Source of the DNA: Octopus sinensis
Taxonomy: Eukaryota
Length of the DNA stretch: 64,000 nt
Assembly (NCBI RefSeq): GCF_006345805.1
Contig: NC_043016.1
Location: 20,336,001-20,400,000, forward strand
Reading direction: 5' to 3'
Each line of letters opens with the position of its first letter. Within the stretch, counting starts at the first letter, position 1. The position numbers were made by a program, and so were the translations under genes. Positions 25,392 through 37,974 of the stretch are shown here, in pieces. Below the pieces are notes generated by a model. That model did no database searches, had not been told where the DNA came from, and saw only the letters and a list, made by a program, of their open reading frames with translations.

Positions 25392-25596
25392 TATATTATA
25401 TATATATCTATATCTATATCTATATATATAACTTGGAATAACTTAACTTAGAAAGGTTTTGGCCAGTATGGCCCAGGCCATGTCTGACTTACAGCACCAC
25501 CTGGCGAAGTCTTTCAATTCAGGATTTGGGCACCAAGGCCCATTCGAGCAGAGAGTTAGTTTGCGGTGACATATTCGGAGTGTGGTTGGTTTGGTC

Positions 25597-25696
25597 NNNN
25601 NNNNNNNNNNNNNNNNNNNNNNNNNNNNNNNNNNNNNNNNNNNNNNNNNNNNNNNNNNNNNNNNNNNNNNNNNNNNNNNNNNNNNNNNNNNNNNNN
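25597..25696. other. Assembly gap (100 N)
   Basis: Run of N. Confidence 1.
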
Positions 25697-26779
25697 AAGA
25701 GGAGAAAGAGGTGAGGGAGTAAATTAATGGTTATTAAAAAGTTGAAGGGAGTGATATAGAAAATGAAGTTTGAAATACAATGTTTAGCTGAGGGATGAAG
25801 TCCCAGTGGTGTGAATAAAGAAAGGCAAACAGAGAGAAGGGTGGGGGGTTTTGGTAGAAATGTTTTTGCTAACCAATGCATCCAGCTGTCATGTTGTTAG
25901 TGGAAGTGAGAGATGAAGAGAAAGAGCGAAATGATGACATGAAGATGGGAATTACATGGTTAAAAAGTTTGTTGAAGTGAGAGAGAGAGAGATAGAAAGA
26001 GAGAGAGAAATAGAGAGAGAGAGATAGAAGAGTAAGAGAGAGAGAGATAGAAGAGTGAGAGAGAGAAAGACAGAAATATATTTAGTTGAGGGAAAGTTTA
26101 AACACAAATTATTGTGACTGACAACAAAATAACATTTTAATATTTGATTTTTTTAATATCTTCTACTTGATCTATTTATCCAATCTATATCCTCATTTAC
26201 AAATACATCAATGGCTAGATGGTAGAATGAAGACTTACATTAAGACATGATAATAGTAAACTTACAATAGTAAACATTTCAATGAAAAGCTGTAAAACAG
26301 CTGTGGATGTTATATCTTTAAAATTTGTCATTCAAACTTTGTATTGACAGCAAGAAAAGCTGATACAAACAAACAACTGAGCTTTATAACTGAAAACTAA
26401 GATGATGGTGATGATGATGATGATGGTGGTGTAAGAATAGTAAAAGGTGTATTTTTTTTTTAATGAACAAAAGTTTTTATATCACCTGTCACTTAACACA
26501 TGTGCATAAGTGCAATAATTTATTGTTTGCTTACTTGAAAATATTTGTTTATAAAATATGGATTAACAGATAATGTAAGCTAACAAGAGAAAAAATGAGA
26601 TGGTACAGGCAATGACATAAAGAGAAGCAGAGGGTCGAATCCCTAGAACAAGCATAGGAGCATCAGCATGTAGAAGAAAAAAATCTGAATCAAAGAGTAT
26701 AGACTGAGTATTTACAATGGATAAGGAAATATATCCAAGCTAGAATAGAAAATGAAAATGAGATAGAATGTCAAAAAAA

Positions 26780-26940
26780 CCAAGCATATGGTGGAAAATT
26801 ATAACATTGTTGACATGAATATTCCCTGTTATCAATGTGAAGCTCTTAGATTTATAAATGAACCCCTGAATAGCTGAAAGAATGGGAAAGTCATGTTCCT
26901 TCAATTACAGCTTTATTCAGAAGAACTGAAAGGTGCTTTT
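26780..26940 (+). mobile_element. Helitron Rep N-terminal Cys-rich fragment
   Basis: NIVDMNIPCYQCEALRFINEPLNS*KNGKVM..LQLYSEELK resembles the Helitron MxxxCxxCxAxxFxxE..CCxxGKV motif. Confidence 0.6.
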
Positions 26941-27162
26941 AAATGAAAATAATGTAGAATACATTTATAAAGGAACATTAATTTTTATGGCTCTGTAAAC
27001 TTAAAACCATCTAAAAATTTTGTATTTACCATGGAATTTCCACAGGTACTGCTAGTATTAGACTATACTCCAATATCTGTACTCACAAGAATGTTTATAT
27101 ATACATTATAGGATGCAGGTATTACAAGCTTTATGAGTAATGAATGAAAATAAAGTAATTAA

Positions 27163-27967
27163 CCCCTTAATGGATCAATTATATTGACATGGCATTTAAT
27201 TTCCTTTTTTAATTATATACACTGTGTTAATTACAAAATAAAATGTTTTTTATCTTGTTTTCTTTATTTTTTATTATAGAAATTAATATGTACTTTTACT
27301 CATTTGGATTTAAATGAGTTAACTTGGACATTGAAAAAATACATATAACTTAACTATCTTCCATTTTTTATAAGATGTATTGCTTTTAAATCAAAGGAAA
27401 ATTTTTTTTAAATGAGAGTTTATTTAGAATGATAATTTTTAAAATCTTGCAGACATTATACATGTATCTGCTTTCTCTTCGAATCTTCTTTCCTTTAGCA
27501 TCTCTCTTCTCTATGCATTTTGCACACTATCTTGTAGGGTTCTTTTTCTTATCACTTGGTGGTATTTCCATGGGAAAGTGACCAGCTGGGGCAAATCTTG
27601 TTGGATGTGGAATCGATGATGGTCTTCCTGGTTTCGTGGGAAACAATAAGGGCCTATATTTTTCAATAATCTTGGTGATTATTTGCATTCTAAATTTCAG
27701 CAGTTTCATAGCAGAAGCTGAAGTTTCCAAAGATGCTTTATACAAAACATAATCATTCCAGATAGCCAAATCCATCAAATGAAAAAATACTTATTTTTTT
27801 TAAACAATGCGAGTAAATTCGTGATTGCTCAAAAATGAAATGACGCAGGGCAAATAAACTCGTTTGAGTGCTAAAATTAAAAGTTAATTTTGACCGAGTA
27901 TACTTGTCTGGTTCTAAAAAGATACATTTGCGATGCACGAGTAAACTTGGGATAATCCATTAAGGGA
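27163..27967 (-). mobile_element. Internally deleted piggyBac element
   Basis: TTAA|ccccttaatggat ... atccattaaggga|TTAA; minus ORF DLAIWNDYVLY...LKFRMQII...HFPMEIPP...TR*CAKC (piggyBac C-terminus). Confidence 0.9.
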
Positions 27968-28476
27968 TTAAATAACAATGGAAAACTAAACAGAGTAATT
28001 TAATGACTGGATTCTTTATATACACTTCTGTAATATCATAAATTACACAATAATATCATATTACACAATGTATTGTTTCAAGTCATCTGATACCACATTT
28101 TCAGAAAAAAATACCTTAATGAAAATAATTTACTATACTAGGCAATTATAGAAAGTAACAATGGGACAAACTAAGAAAAAAAAAAAAAAAGGAAAACCTG
28201 AAAGCTGTATATTAAGTTAGATTAGAAGAGATAAGTAATCTCAAAGAATATGTTTGAGAATCATGCAGATTTGTTTGTTATGATCTGACAGCTGAAGATA
28301 AAGATATAGTAGCATGAAAACTGCTAAAATCTAATTGAGAAGTTCATACACCAGTCAAGATGAAGAGATAAAGTGAATTTCAAATGGAAGATAATTACTT
28401 TCAAAGATAGCATTAATTATAAGAGATATAGAGACACAGAGTCTAGAAATTACATATAAACTTTTGTGTGTGTGTA

Positions 28477-29254
28477 CAGGGTACAGTGACTAAACTGTCA
28501 TCTAAATTACGCAAAAATGAAAATAACGCACACATCCCATTTTAACAGATATATTTATCAAAATTACATAAAAATATCTTGAAATACTAAAGAGTAAATT
28601 TATTCAATAGAATTACCATTGGCTTCAACCACAGCCTCCAGATGACTTTGGATCTCCAGCAACTCTTATGGACATAATAATAACCAACACATAATAATCA
28701 AGAGGACTGCAGTCTGGAGAGTTAGGCGGCCAGATGTAAGAAGTGATGTCATCACAGACATTGTGACAGCTATTACTGGGTTCTCCTGCTTGTGTGGCAT
28801 GGTGCAGAGTCCTGTTGCCAGACATAGGGTCTTCCAACAGCCACCTTCTTGACCTAGGGTAGCACTACTTCCTCCAAGCACTTGCTGTAAGCCTCTGTAT
28901 TGAGTTTGAGGAAGATGAATGGAGGCATAATGATGCCATCACTAGTGATCACTAAAAAGACCAAGATGTTGATTGGATGTTTGATTTTTATCACTCTCAG
29001 TACAAGTTTTGGAGACTCAGATTGGCACACAATACCCTGAAAAATTTCATACTGGAGGTCCCAGTGTGAATGTCAAGCAGTACAGCATGTTGTTTCCAAA
29101 TTTCTAGTAGAGTGAACTGCGTCATGGTGCTGTTTTTCTCAGAGATGGTGCCCAACTGGCCCTACTATACTGTGTAGTCGACAAAATCAAAAACAAACAA
29201 TGCATGTGTGAAATTAAAAATATGAAATGGTGGCAATTTACCCATCACACCCTG
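28477..29254 (-). mobile_element. Tc1/maT-type DNA transposon, deleted
   Basis: TA-flanked imperfect TIRs cagggtacagtgactaaactgtca / tggcaatttacccatcacaccctg; WPPNSPDCSPLDYYV motif. Confidence 0.85.
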
Positions 29255-29258
29255 TATA

Positions 29259-29582
29259 TATGGCTGTGTGGTAAGAAGCTTGCTTCCTGGCCACATGGTT
29301 CCAGGTTCAGTCCCACTGTGTGGCATCTCAGGCAAGTGCTTTCTACTGTAAACAGAATTGGTAGACGGAAACTGAAAGAAGCCTGCCATATATATATATA
29401 TATGTACATGCATATCTATAAGTGTGCATCTTTGTGTATGAGTTTGTCCTGTTGTCAAACCAAGGCTGGTTTCTTTATATCCCCCATAACTTAGTGGTTC
29501 TGTAAAAGAGACTGATAGAACAATTACCAGGCCTATAGAAAATATAGTTACTAGGGGTTGATTTATTCAGCTAAACCCTTCA
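29259..29582 (+). mobile_element. tRNA-derived SINE
   Basis: tggctgtgtggtaagaagcttgc...ggttcagtccc; same family as 4981..5370. Confidence 0.85.
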
Positions 29583-30349
29583 AACTCAAAACTAACAGTT
29601 CTTCCATGAAAACTATAGATAAAATTCCAGAAAATCTTGAAGAACAAAAATGACTATGGGGGGAAAATAGTAAGTGGAGAAAATGAAGGTAGAAATAGAA
29701 TTACTAAAATTTAAAGTGACAAACAGTGAACAAATATGATCTGTGGTAGAAGGCAACTCTGGAGTTAATCAAGCTACCTGAGAAACGTGCTACAATTGGA
29801 TGCCAAATAAAATTATTTTTGGAAAACCGATTATAGCAGCAACTCCATCAATTCCTAGGGATATCTGAAGAAAGAATTTTATTCCGAAATATCATATCAG
29901 ACTATGGATGATTAGATTACAACAGTTATTATAGTCCACCATTTGTATTATGTAATGCATTGTTGTGTCATTCAAAATATTTCATTCTTTACAAACAATA
30001 CGCAATGCTACAAGCGAACTATGATACTTTCCTATATACATATATCTATATATTTCCTCCTTGACTCTCTTGATCACACGTGACTAACAGCCATTCTCTC
30101 TTTCTTCCACTTCCTTCCTAAAGACAAGATGTGCTTTCATCTGTCTCTTCTCAAAGCTCGTCTTTCTAGCATTCAGCACTTCACATCATCTTGGCTTAAC
30201 AGCCCTCACCGTTTGTTTTTACTATTTTGTTCTCACTGTCCTGTTTTTGTTCACCTTCCGCAAAAAATCTCAAATTTTATTTAATTTGCTATGCGGGAAG
30301 GACTGTTTTAATGAAGTTACATCTTGTCCTTACCTTTGAAACGCTGGTG

Positions 30350-31045
30350 ACATTGACGTGTGCGTGTGTGCATGTGTAGGTGTATGGATTATGGTGAAGG
30401 GGTGCTGTAAAGTGGTCAGTGCTAGTGTGTGCAGGGGTGGTGTGATGTGGTGGTGGTGTGGTGTTGGGGTGTGGGAAAAGCGTGAGTGGGGAAGCAAGGG
30501 TGGGGTCTAAGGGATGAGGTGGGGGTGAGATGGGATGTATAGGGATGGTGGGGTTGGAATGTGTAGGAGTAGGGTAACAAGGGAGAGAGTGGAAGGGAGA
30601 AGGTGGGTAGGACTGAAAAGAGGAGGCAGTAGGTGCCAGAGCAAGAGAGGAGGTGGGTGGGAGGAAGTAGGTGTGAGAAGAAGAGAAGAGAGAGGAGGTC
30701 TCGGAGGTTGTGGGCTTGTTTGAAGGAGGAGAGGGGTCGGTAAGAGGAGATATGCGAAGTGAAGGAGTCAGACTGGAGTCACCGGAAGGCTCAGAGAATG
30801 GTGTGTTGGAGAGGTAGGGTGGTAGGTGAGGGGAAACAGGAGACAGTGGGGTAGATGTGGGGAAGAGAGCAGATGCACAGTCCATAGAACATGCTCTGGC
30901 AAGGGCAGTGTAGATAGTGGTGAGAGGATATCCACGTAGGATGATGTGGCAAGTCATGAGTTGAGACTGAGTTTCAAAGTCGTGGTTGTCACTACAGAGT
31001 CTGCATAAACAGAGGAATTGGGAATAGGGGATGGAGAGCTGGTCT
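30350..31045 (-). mobile_element. Penelope-like element fragment (RT thumb plus pyrimidine-rich tail)
   Basis: SIPYSQFLCLCRLCSDNHDFETQSQLM...LRGYP (PLE thumb motif). Confidence 0.7.
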
Positions 31046-31049
31046 CCTT

Positions 31050-31672
31050 GTTTAAGTTGGTGAATGCTGCCATAATCCTTGCCTTCAGTTCATCTTTGGT
31101 GTTACAAAGAGTTTTGTTGGTCTCTCACTCAACAGCATCCTGCACATAATAATCAAGGGGGTTGCAGTCTGGGGAGTTAGGTAGCATGATGTTAGGGAAG
31201 ATGTGATTGTAGAAATTGTTTGACAGCCATGACTGGGTTCTCTTGGTTGTGTGGCATGGTGCAAAGTCCTGTTGCCAGACATAGGGTCTTCCAGCAGTCA
31301 CCCTCTTGACCCAAGGCAGCACTACCCACTTCAAGCACTTGATGTAGGCCTCTGTGTTGAGAAAAAGGCCATGTGGGAAGATGATTGGAGGTATAACATC
31401 GCCATCACTAGTGATCACTCCAAACACTATGATTTTGACTGGATGTTTAATTTTTATCACTCTCAGAACATGTTTTGAGGACTCAGACTGACACCCAAAC
31501 ACTCTGAAACGTTCGTACTGGAGCTTCTGGTGTAAATGCCAAGCAGTACAGCATGTCATTTCCAAATTTCAGATAGAGTGAATTGCATCATAATGCTGTT
31601 TTTCTCACAGATGATGTGCAACTGACCCTACTACACTGTGTAGTTGACAAAATAAAAGACAAAAACAAACGT
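31050..31672 (-). mobile_element. Second maT/Tc1 copy
   Basis: ORF 31125..31565 VFGVITSDG...YVWQQDFAPCH...PNSPDCNPLDYYV; homologous to 28477..29254. Confidence 0.88.
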
Positions 31673-31689
31673 GCTACTATCACATGAAA

Positions 31690-31857
31690 CCATCTGCTCG
31701 CAATACCAGAGGGCGCACACTCTTCCTACCCTGATGTATTCTCCAGGGATACAGGCATCCAGCAACAGGACCTCCATAATGCTAAGATGGACAGTGAAGT
31801 CTGGCGTAACATAGTAAATTCCATTGTCTCGACCATGGGCAAACAATGATGATGATC
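31690..31857 (+). mobile_element. RTE 3' fragment (same family as 40097)
   Basis: cagggatacaggcatccagcaacaggacctcc...aacaatgatgatgat. Confidence 0.85.
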
Positions 31858-32340
31858 ACATGAAGCGCCTATTACAGTCAACATAGTAGTCAATTACAAA
31901 TAAGTGTAATGTAGAGTGTCCATACAACTGAAAATCTAGAAAATCCAAGTGATAAAGATATTCCATGAGGGGTATATAAAATTACAAAGTCAGGAGACAT
32001 AAGAGGTGAATAAATATTTATCTAACCAGATGCATTCCATAGGGTTAGAGCTGTTTCAGTACCTTCTTTGTGCCATATAATTCCAATATGGAAGAAATTA
32101 TGCATAAATGTTTGCATTAACGTGTACGCATAGCTTTATACAATGCAATTATATATCCAGAAATTAATGCAAATAAAGAAAGGTAGCTCATCAGATCACC
32201 TGAACATCATTGTTACACCAACAATTAAGCTCTAATTACACACATGAAATTCTTCTCGTGTATACAATGTATGGAAGCCTGAAACTGGACAAAATTAGGT
32301 TGACTCAGTCAATAAAAAAAAATATATATATTGATGTTAT

Positions 32341-32407
<67 letters not shown>

Positions 32408-33086
32408 TGTGTGTGTGTGTGTGTGTGTCTCTCTCTAAATTAACTATGTCACACAAATCCCAAAAGAATATTTTTCTTCCTTGTGTTCTGACCACCCTAA
32501 CCCCCTATCTCTTGCTGTCTCACTCTGTCTGTCAGTCTCTCTCTCTCTCTCTCTCGGCCTCTGTCTGTGTTTCTCTCTCTCTCTCTCTCTCTTTCGATTA
32601 CCACTTGTCACACCAAGACTTCCTCCATCGCCACCACTGTCAACAGTTGGGTCTATGGGTATGACCCTGAGATGTATCTTTATTGATTACTACAATTGTT
32701 TTGACCAATATAGCATCCATGCTTTGTGGGTGGGATACTGGATATCTGGTTTAGGTGTATCCCTCAGTGTAGATATGTCTCCTCAGATGATTTCAAGAGG
32801 TTTCTCATTAAAATAAACACTGTTTCACAAGATTCTTCTTGGTCTTCGTATATAGAAATGGAAAATTAAGGTATACAGCTTCATTCTTATAGAAGATCCA
32901 TAATATTGGTCTCTCTCTCATTAATGAGTCCTGTCTCTTTCAATCAAATACCCAATGAACACTGAGCCAGTCAATGTGCTTTACTGGCAAATTACCAGGT
33001 GTATACCATATGATTTATTAACTAATAATATATATATATATATACACACACACACATATATGTATATGCATATATATATATTACTG

Positions 33087-33222
33087 TTTGAGGTCGACTT
33101 TGCCTTTCATCCTTTCAGGGTCAATTAAATAAGTACCAGTTAATCACTGGGGTCAATGTAATCGACTTAATCCCCTTGTCTATCCCCTCTATGTTTAGCC
33201 CTCCTTGTGGGCAATAAAGAAA
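33087..33222 (+). mobile_element. SINE 3' fragment (second family)
   Basis: gtcgactttgcctttcatcctttc.gggtc..aaataagtaccag resembles a conserved metazoan SINE central domain (from recall). Confidence 0.6.
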
Positions 33223-33551
33223 TATATATATCATTGTATCTGAGGTGAGTCATTCTGTTTTAATACCTTATTGATGAACACACTCACTGGTTTGATTTCC
33301 ACTCATTTGCTTATTTACTTTTTTCTAAAATTTTCGTTGTTGACTCTGTCCATTATTGGAGTTGCATTATTTTTGCATCTTTGTGTACAGGTGTGTGCAT
33401 CAGTGTTCATGTGTATACACATATGTATGTATATAATTGCTCAGTTTTATTTCAAGATTTTTTGCCAATAGAGAAAGAGCTAGATTTGCATGTTTTGTTA
33501 TATATGTATTCTCATGCATATAGTTGCATATCTAGACATGCGCATATATAT

Positions 33552-34655
33552 TTAAATGATGAACTTCTGGAAAGTTTTACAGATTTTTACAGTTCCGGTG
33601 ATGGATTGGATATGTAGTCTTCGAATTAGCTTTCTCTTTTCTAGTTTTGAGAAGCCTAATTTCTCAACATTGTTATTTAGGCAGTGTGTTACATATCCCA
33701 GAGCCCCAATAATTATAGGTATAAACCTGAACTTGTAATCTGGATAGAGTAACTGCAGATTTCTCAATAGTTCAGCATAAATATTCTCTTTTTCACTGAT
33801 CTTCAGGTTTATGTTAACATTCGCTGGGCAGCTAATTTCCACAACTGTGCAGTTTCTCTTCTCTATACCAAATCATTATATCAGGTCTGTTGTGCTTACA
33901 TTTTATTGAGGTCTTCACTGGGACATTCCACTGATACTCCTTTTTATTATGAGTGGCTATGGCTTCTACCATACTGTGGGTTCTCATTTTTTTGTCCTTG
34001 GGGTTATCCTTCTGATGGATTTCATTATAGAGTGTCCTATTTACAAAATCATGTCTAATCATTAGATAATACCATGACATTTTTGGACAACTGCTTATAA
34101 TGTGAGTGATACCTTTGGTGTTAACTCCACAAAGTCTGCATTGGTTGTCACATTTTTCAGCTTTTCCTGCGTTTCTGTCCCTTTTGTGCATCAGGTATTT
34201 GGTTGATATTTCTAGTTTCTGGATTGCAAATGCATACCCTTCAAAGTAGGAGGTAGTAAGTCAGCTATTCGTCCATGATAAACTGCTTTGATAATCAATG
34301 TTACTATCATCACAGAACTTTCTACTAACATATCTATGCATAATCTTCTGCTCATATAGGCCCATCCCACCATCTGATAAGTTGTGGTAGAGTTGTGCGA
34401 CTTCTTTGGGCATATATTCTAGGCTATCAGACAAAGAATGTTGCTCAAGGAGCTGCCTTCCAAATCTTATGATGTTACCAGCCTCATGTAAGCAAACTTG
34501 GTCAAGGGATGCACTTCGACACTTGGTGCTTAAAAGATGTTGTCGAAGGGATATGATACGACATTCAAAGGCATTTTGGATCGATGTTAAGCCTCTGCTG
34601 CTTTGTTTTCATTTTAGGTAAAGATGTCTACATCACTGTTTATGTAAAAATTATG
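33552..34655 (-). mobile_element. R4/Dong-type non-LTR retrotransposon 3' part (CCHC plus restriction-like endonuclease)
   Basis: CRLCG...THIISSC...RHD, HNRPDIMIW, EISCP, FIPIIIGALG. Confidence 0.9.
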
Positions 34656-34906
34656 TGTGCTTGTTAGTATTTTTAGTAGTATGCTTATTAGTATGTATCT
34701 AGGAATGTATATGCGTGTAGGCATATATGCATGTGTGTACGTTTGTATGTATGTATTCTGCATATTCATGTTTGTGTTCATGTTTGCGTGTGTGTGTGTG
34801 TGTACCCGTCTCCTTGTGTGTGCATGTTTGAGTGTGTTTATGTGTATGGGTTGGTGTGACTATGTATGTGTGTCTGTTATGTATAGACGTGTGCCTCCAT
34901 ATGTAT

Positions 34907-34912
<6 letters not shown>

Positions 34913-34954
<42 letters not shown>

Positions 34955-35269
34955 ATATGGCCATGTGTTTCAGTCTTCTTTTGTGTGTGTATGTATGTAT
35001 GCATGTGTGCTTGCCTGTCCTTATTACCTATGTATCTATCTACTTATCTATCTGTTTACTTACATATCCATTTGCCTACTTATATACATATATATGTGTG
35101 TGTGTGGTGTGTGTGTGTGTGTGTGTGTATGTGTATATATGGCCATGTGTTTCAGTCTTCTTTTGTGTGTGTATGTATGTATGCATGTGTGCTTGCCTGT
35201 CCTTATTACCTATGTATCTATCTACTTATCTATCTGTTTACTTACATATCCATTTGCCTACTTATATAC

Positions 35270-35305
<36 letters not shown>
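34913..35305. repeat. Near-identical tandem duplication of about 183 bp between (GT)n tracts
   Basis: atgtgtatatatggccatgtgtttcagtc...tatacatatatat at about 34947 and 35129. Confidence 0.9.
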
Positions 35306-35399
35306 CTACATAACAGCCTACAAACAAATTTACCTGCGTATGTATAAACAGTAGGTATTGGGGTATCACTACCTTCTACATATATCTCCTATTTAGTAC

Positions 35400-35735
35400 T
35401 GGGGATGTTTCATTAATGAAGACATACTCTTGTACTTGTCTTCAGGTACTTGGATAAAATGTGGGTGTCAAATCAACCTAGTGTGCCTCTATGTTGGTCT
35501 TTGAGATGTTAGTAGAGTATGAAGAACTGTTTTCTGTTATCACATTGTCTCAAATGTCATTTAGTCTCTCTGCAATGCTTCTAGATGTCTCACGAATGTA
35601 TGTCATGTTCTTGTCTTTGCAAGCACCCTCTATGCACCTTATGCTGTAAACTACATTTCTAATTCTACAGTTAATGCCAGGGTTAATCTTACATGCCATG
35701 CAGTTCTCATTGGTACATGTGGTTTTCTCAAAGGG
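35400..35735 (-). mobile_element. Penelope-like element GIY-YIG fragment
   Basis: CTNENCMAC...NCRIRNVVYSIRC...YIRETSRSIAERLND (ORF 35550..35768). Confidence 0.8.
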
Positions 35736-35892
35736 GTACATCCTACACACATGCACACACACACACATCTATATAATACATATTTTAAATATAAATAAAC
35801 AAATACATAAACAGGACATTAAATGATGATGATATCTAGCTATCTATCTATCTATCTAAACGATGATGATGATGATGATGATATATATATAT

Positions 35893-35920
<28 letters not shown>

Positions 35921-35923
<3 letters not shown>

Positions 35924-36428
35924 TCTGGGTTATTTCCCTTTATCAGCACAGAATAATTGCTCGGCTAGAGGTGGCGCTGCCAAATTCCTGTTCAAAATAT
36001 ATAGTTTTCAAAGTGACAACTAGTCACTGATTTATAAATTAGAAAATTACTATTTTTAAATCTCACAACATGAGACATTCAGCAACAGTACTTAATAGAA
36101 AAGATTGCTTGCCAATATAACAGGAATTCAAATGAGAATTTGGCAGAGCCACCTCTAGCTGAGCAATTATTCTGTGCTGATGAAGAGAAATAACCTAGAA
36201 ATCTCAATACACAGATATTGTTTTGAGCTGAGTGCGGGTGCTAGATTCTCTTGTTTGAAAATATAAGGACACAGATCATGTCATATAGCCAGCTGGAGAC
36301 GATGTCTCCTGGGGCTAAATTACAGCAACATTAGTCCTAAACCAGTAATGCCATGCTTTGGTGGCAAACAGTCTTTACTACAATGCTGAATATCTCATGT
36401 TGCGAGACTTAAAAATAGTAATTTTCTA
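35921..36428. mobile_element. HHR-bearing ORF-less unit plus inverted, permuted partial copy (retrozyme/pLTR-like)
   Basis: 35921-35987 is inverted at 36137-36204; 36041-36085 is inverted at 36385-36427. Confidence 0.7.
36173..36213 (+). ncRNA. Type-I minimal hammerhead ribozyme motif
   Basis: ctgtg CTGATGA agag aaataa ccta GAAA tctca ATA^ cacag; the inverted copy has the paired stem II ggg/ccc. Confidence 0.7.
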
Positions 36429-36684
36429 AAAGTAAACAAATAAAAAATTTTTACAGAAATTAACGAACTCACTTGAAAATAATTTTTAAAAAAAACATTA
36501 AAATATTGTCTATTTAAAGAAAACTAAAATATGATACTTACTGTACAAACAACTTACATTTTTGAAATCACATTCAGTTATAAATATTTCTAAATCAATA
36601 AAATATTGTGTACTTCAAAAAGTCAATGTTTTTTTTCCTTCTTAGAGAGCACGAAGGCTATGTGTGTGAATATGTCATAGATAT

Positions 36685-37063
36685 GGAGGTGCAAAGGACC
36701 AGTGGTTAGAGCAGTGGACTCGTGGTTGTAGGATGACAGTTTTAATTCCCAGACTGGGCGTTGTGAGTGTTTATTGAGTGAAAAACACCTACTCGTAAAA
36801 GCTCCACGAGGCTCCGGCAGGGGGTGGTGGCAAACCCTACTGTACGCTTTCACCACAACTTTCTCTCACCCTTTCTTCCTGTTTCTGTTGTACCTGTATT
36901 TCAAAGGGCCAGCTTTGTCACAGTCTGTGTCACTGAATTTCCCCCAGAACTACTTTAAGGTTACACATGTCTGTGGAGTGCTCAGCCACAGTAATTTCAT
37001 GAGCAGGCTGTTCTGTTGATCGGATCAACTGGAGCCCTCATCGTTGTAACCAATGGAGTGCCA
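36685..37063 (+). mobile_element. tRNA-derived SINE (third family)
   Basis: tRNA-like head ggaccagtggttagagcagtggactc...ttaattcccagactggg; non-coding body. Confidence 0.7.
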
Positions 37064-37640
37064 TAATATGTCACAGATAGCAGCCATGTGTTTGTGTTGA
37101 TTAACATGCCATGACAATCATTATATTTGTGTATGTGTACTGACATCACGGAAGCCATGTTCTTTTCGTCAAGAAATAACAAACAAAAATTGTGTTTAAT
37201 CGTTTTCACTAATAGAGGTCCAAATATCACAAAAATTTGTACTGCACTGCTGAAGGTATGAAAATAAATATGCCAAAAAAAAAAATTAAGATAAAATATA
37301 TTATTTCTGAGATATTTCTGGTACACACAAACATCTCTAGAGTTTTAGCATTATTAAGATATATATATATATACATTTACTTCTTTACATCTACTCCATA
37401 ATGGTTTTAGATTGCTCTTGGTTTTAAATTTAACTGACTAATTACAGAGATGGCTGGACTTTGGTCAATTTTACTTAAGAACCAGTTTTATTTCATTATT
37501 TACACACCCTGGTACTCCTAAAGAAAGATTAACCACCAATTATTTTTCTAGTTTATTTGCTAGTTTATTAAGCCTTCTTTCCTCATCTCAAGGCACCGTG
37601 CTTTCCTCTTCCCTCTTCTTTTATTTTATGCATTTGTATT

Positions 37641-37757
37641 CACTCTGATGAAGCTCTATGTACTAGACTGGATGTGTTATAAAGATGATGAATATTATCA
37701 TTTTCATAATTTCCTTTGGCAGCACTGACTGACATTGGAGTCTGAACCAGCTGGAAG
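37641..37757 (+). ncRNA. Degenerate hammerhead motif upstream of PLE RT
   Basis: CTGATGA agctc ...long loop... gagtct GAAC CAGCTG. Confidence 0.45.
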
Positions 37758-37853
37758 CAATGTTCAAAGCTTTGTATTATAAATATTCAACGATGGTAGT
37801 CAATTTGCTTGTTGATCAAAAGTTTTCTCCATTTTCTGCTCATTTCAAATTTA

Positions 37854-37925
<72 letters not shown>

Positions 37926-37974
37926 CACACACATATATATATACATATACACACACACATATATATAAGAAAGA

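Noticed and set aside
26270-26310. HHR 3' half aaaacagctgtg
   Set aside because: No upstream CTGANGA or stem I found
29259-29330. tRNA genes (also 5300-5370 and 36685-36760)
   Set aside because: SINE heads that continue into SINE bodies; no complete cloverleaf
30289-30957. 222-aa Pro/Ser-rich ORF
   Set aside because: Begins in PLE thumb sequence, then runs through low-complexity pyrimidine-rich DNA; not a host gene
34657-35354. Long ORFs of 147-218 aa
   Set aside because: Translations of (GT)n and (TA)n microsatellites and a tandem duplication
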